Assembly (NCBI GenBank): GCA_965215365.1
Contig: CBDCDS010000003.1
Coordinates: forward strand, 832,001 to 896,000
Reading direction: 5' to 3'
Source of the DNA: Gammaproteobacteria bacterium
GTDB lineage: Bacteria; Pseudomonadota; Gammaproteobacteria; Eutrophobiales; Eutrophobiaceae
Length of the DNA stretch: 64,000 bases
Shown here: positions 62,245 to 64,000 of the stretch, piece by piece
How positions within the stretch are numbered: position 1 is the first letter of the stretch
Layout: each line of letters begins with the position of its first letter
Made by a program: the position numbers and the translations under genes
Notes under the pieces: model-generated
Told to the model about the DNA's origin: nothing
Database searches by the model: none
Seen by the model: only the letters and a program-made list of their open reading frames with translations

Positions 62245-64000
62245 ATGAGCGTGTTTACGGAGTCAGTCGTAGAAGACGCCGCCCTCGATTGGCTTCGAGG
62301 GTTGGGCTACAACGTCATCGCCGGGCCGGATATGCCGCCGGGGCCTCATGCGCTGCGGGAAAGTTATTCCGAGGTGGTTTTTGCTTCAACCTTGCGCGGC
62401 GCCGTGAGGCGTATTAACCCGAACCTGCCGGATGAGGCCGTGGATGACGCTTGCCGCAAGCTGCTCGGCCCGGAAGGCGCCACGTTGGCGGCTCGTAATC
62501 GGGCTGTTCATCGCATGCTGGTGGATGGGGTCACAGTGGAGTATCGGGACGCTGACGGCGCAGTCCGGTGGGCACAGGCGCAGGTGCTTGATTTTGATGA
62601 TCCCGATAATAATGACTGGCTGGCTATCAACCAGTTCACAGTCACCGAGAACGGCCATGAGCGTCGTCCCGACCTCGTGCTGTCCGTCAACGGCCTGCCG
62701 CTGGCGCTGATTGAACTCAAGAATCCGGCCAGTGAGGAAGCCACGATCTGGAGCGCCTGGCAACAACTCCAGACCTACAAGAACGAGTTGCCAACCCTGT
62801 TTGCTTTCAATGTGGCTCTGATAATCTCGGATGGCGTCCAGGCCCGTATCGGTTCGCTCACTTCCGGTAAGGAATGGTTCAAACCGTGGCGCACAATTGA
62901 TGGCCAGAAACCAGCGCCGGTGTTTCTGCCCGAACTCCAGGTATTGATCGAAGGTGTGCTGGAAAGGCGCCGCTTGCTCTCCCTGTTGCGTGACTTCATT
63001 GTCTTTGAGGATGACGGCAGCGGCGCGCTGGTGAAGAAGTTGGCCGGCTACCACCAGTTTCACGCGGTGGCAGTGGCGGTAGCAGAAACCTTGCGAGCCG
63101 CTGAACTCAGGTTGGCTGAGGAACCGGGGCGGCATGAAACAAGGCGTAACCCGGGTGGCGCCGCCGGCGATCGTCGTATTGGTGTCGTCTGGCATACTCA
63201 GGGTTCAGGCAAGAGCCTGACCATGGCGTTTTATGCGGGACGAATTGTCCGGGAACCGGCGCTGAGGAACCCGACCGTCATAGTATTGACCGACCGTAAT
63301 GATCTGGACGACCAACTGTTCGGCATGTTTGCCAGGTGTGGGGACTTGTTGGGACAACCACCTGCACAGGTGGAGGATCGGGCGGATTTGCGGGCGAAAC
63401 TGGCGGTAACATCGGGTGGCGTGGTATTTACCACTATCCAAAAGTTTTTTCCGGAGGAAAAAAGCAGTCGCTACCCGGTGCTGTCCGAGCGCCGCAATAT
63501 CGTGGTCATTGCCGATGAGGCCCATCGCAGCCAGTACGATTTCATTGATGGCTTCGCCCGCCACCTGCGGGATGCGCTCCCCAACGCTTCTTTTATCGGT
63601 TTCACCGGCACGCCGATTGAACTCCAGGATGCGAACACCCGGGCCGTGTTCGGTGACTACATCAGCGTTTACGACATTCAGCGGGCGGTTCAGGACACTG
63701 CGACGGTGCCCATCTACTACGAGAGCAGGCTTGCCAGACTCGCACTTGATGAGCATGAACGCCCGCATATCGATACCGGTTTCGAGGAAGCTACCGAAGG
63801 GGAAGAAATTGCGTGCAAGGAAAAGCTCAAAACCAAGTGGGCGCAACTCGAAGCGATAGTGGGCGCCCATAAGCGTCTGGCGCTGGTGGCGCAGGACATC
63901 GTTGCACATTTTGAAGATCGCCTCGAGGCTATGGCCGGCAAGGCGATGATCGTTTGCATGAGCAGGCGTATCTGTGTCGAGCTTTATCGCGCACTGGTGC
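62245..64000 (+). CDS. hsdR: Type I restriction enzyme R subunit, 3' end outside the window
   Basis: Not in the ORF track because it has no stop in the window. Segments translated by hand: [17 protein letters not shown]...[22 protein letters not shown]...[12 protein letters not shown]...DEAHRSQY...GFTGTP. Confidence 0.95.
   Translation, partial: MSVFTESVVEDAALDWLRGLGYNVIAGPDMPPGPHALRESYSEVVFASTLRGAVRRINPNLPDEAVDDACRKLLGPEGATLAARNRAVHRMLVDGVTVEYRDADGAVRWAQAQVLDFDDPDNNDWLAINQFTVTENGHERRPDLVLSVNGLPLALIELKNPASEEATIWSAWQQLQTYKNELPTLFAFNVALIISDGVQARIGSLTSGKEWFKPWRTIDGQKPAPVFLPELQVLIEGVLERRRLLSLLRDFIVFEDDGSGALVKKLAGYHQFHAVAVAVAETLRAAELRLAEEPGRHETRRNPGGAAGDRRIGVVWHTQGSGKSLTMAFYAGRIVREPALRNPTVIVLTDRNDLDDQLFGMFARCGDLLGQPPAQVEDRADLRAKLAVTSGGVVFTTIQKFFPEEKSSRYPVLSERRNIVVIADEAHRSQYDFIDGFARHLRDALPNASFIGFTGTPIELQDANTRAVFGDYISVYDIQRAVQDTATVPIYYESRLARLALDEHERPHIDTGFEEATEGEEIACKEKLKTKWAQLEAIVGAHKRLALVAQDIVAHFEDRLEAMAGKAMIVCMSRRICVELYRALV

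Noticed and set aside
62386-63909. Minus-strand ORFs of 269 and 234 aa
   Set aside because: Antisense shadows of hsdR.

Overview
The window looks like a GC-rich proteobacterial chromosome segment, probably gammaproteobacterial. FN3/Calx/RTX giants, many IS and decayed toxin-antitoxin pairs suggest a host-associated, possibly sponge-symbiont lifestyle (inference). Left part: an AT-richer operon for a PHB-depolymerase-like esterase, a TonB receptor, an atypical KAS III and an acyl-CoA ligase; a CaiB/LeuCD-like/cyclic amidohydrolase cluster; an S8 protease lipoprotein; bioA; an IS; two coiled-coil repeat proteins; an 11.6-kb FN3/Ig adhesin gene behind an (ACAGCCGC)14 tract; and an RTX protein. 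Right part (about 32.6-64 kb): rpe, trpGDC and maeB are interleaved with defence-type cargo. This includes three broken TA pairs, a Fic protein, an IS481-split Hsp70-TPR gene coupled to a UvrD-like helicase, an IS66 element carrying a DNA adenine methyltransferase, a poly-C switched secreted protein, an ABC ATPase + DUF4276 pair and a type I HsdR. The best candidate for an undescribed system is the intact six-gene operon at 51510-58624 (minus strand): ParB/Srx-like, PD-(D/E)xK nuclease-like, SNF2 helicase, second ParB/Srx-like, radical SAM and GHKL/MORC-like ATPase. It may be a DNA-modification/restriction defence system. No rRNA, tRNA or CRISPR array was recognised. All family calls come from motif recognition by eye, without database searches.
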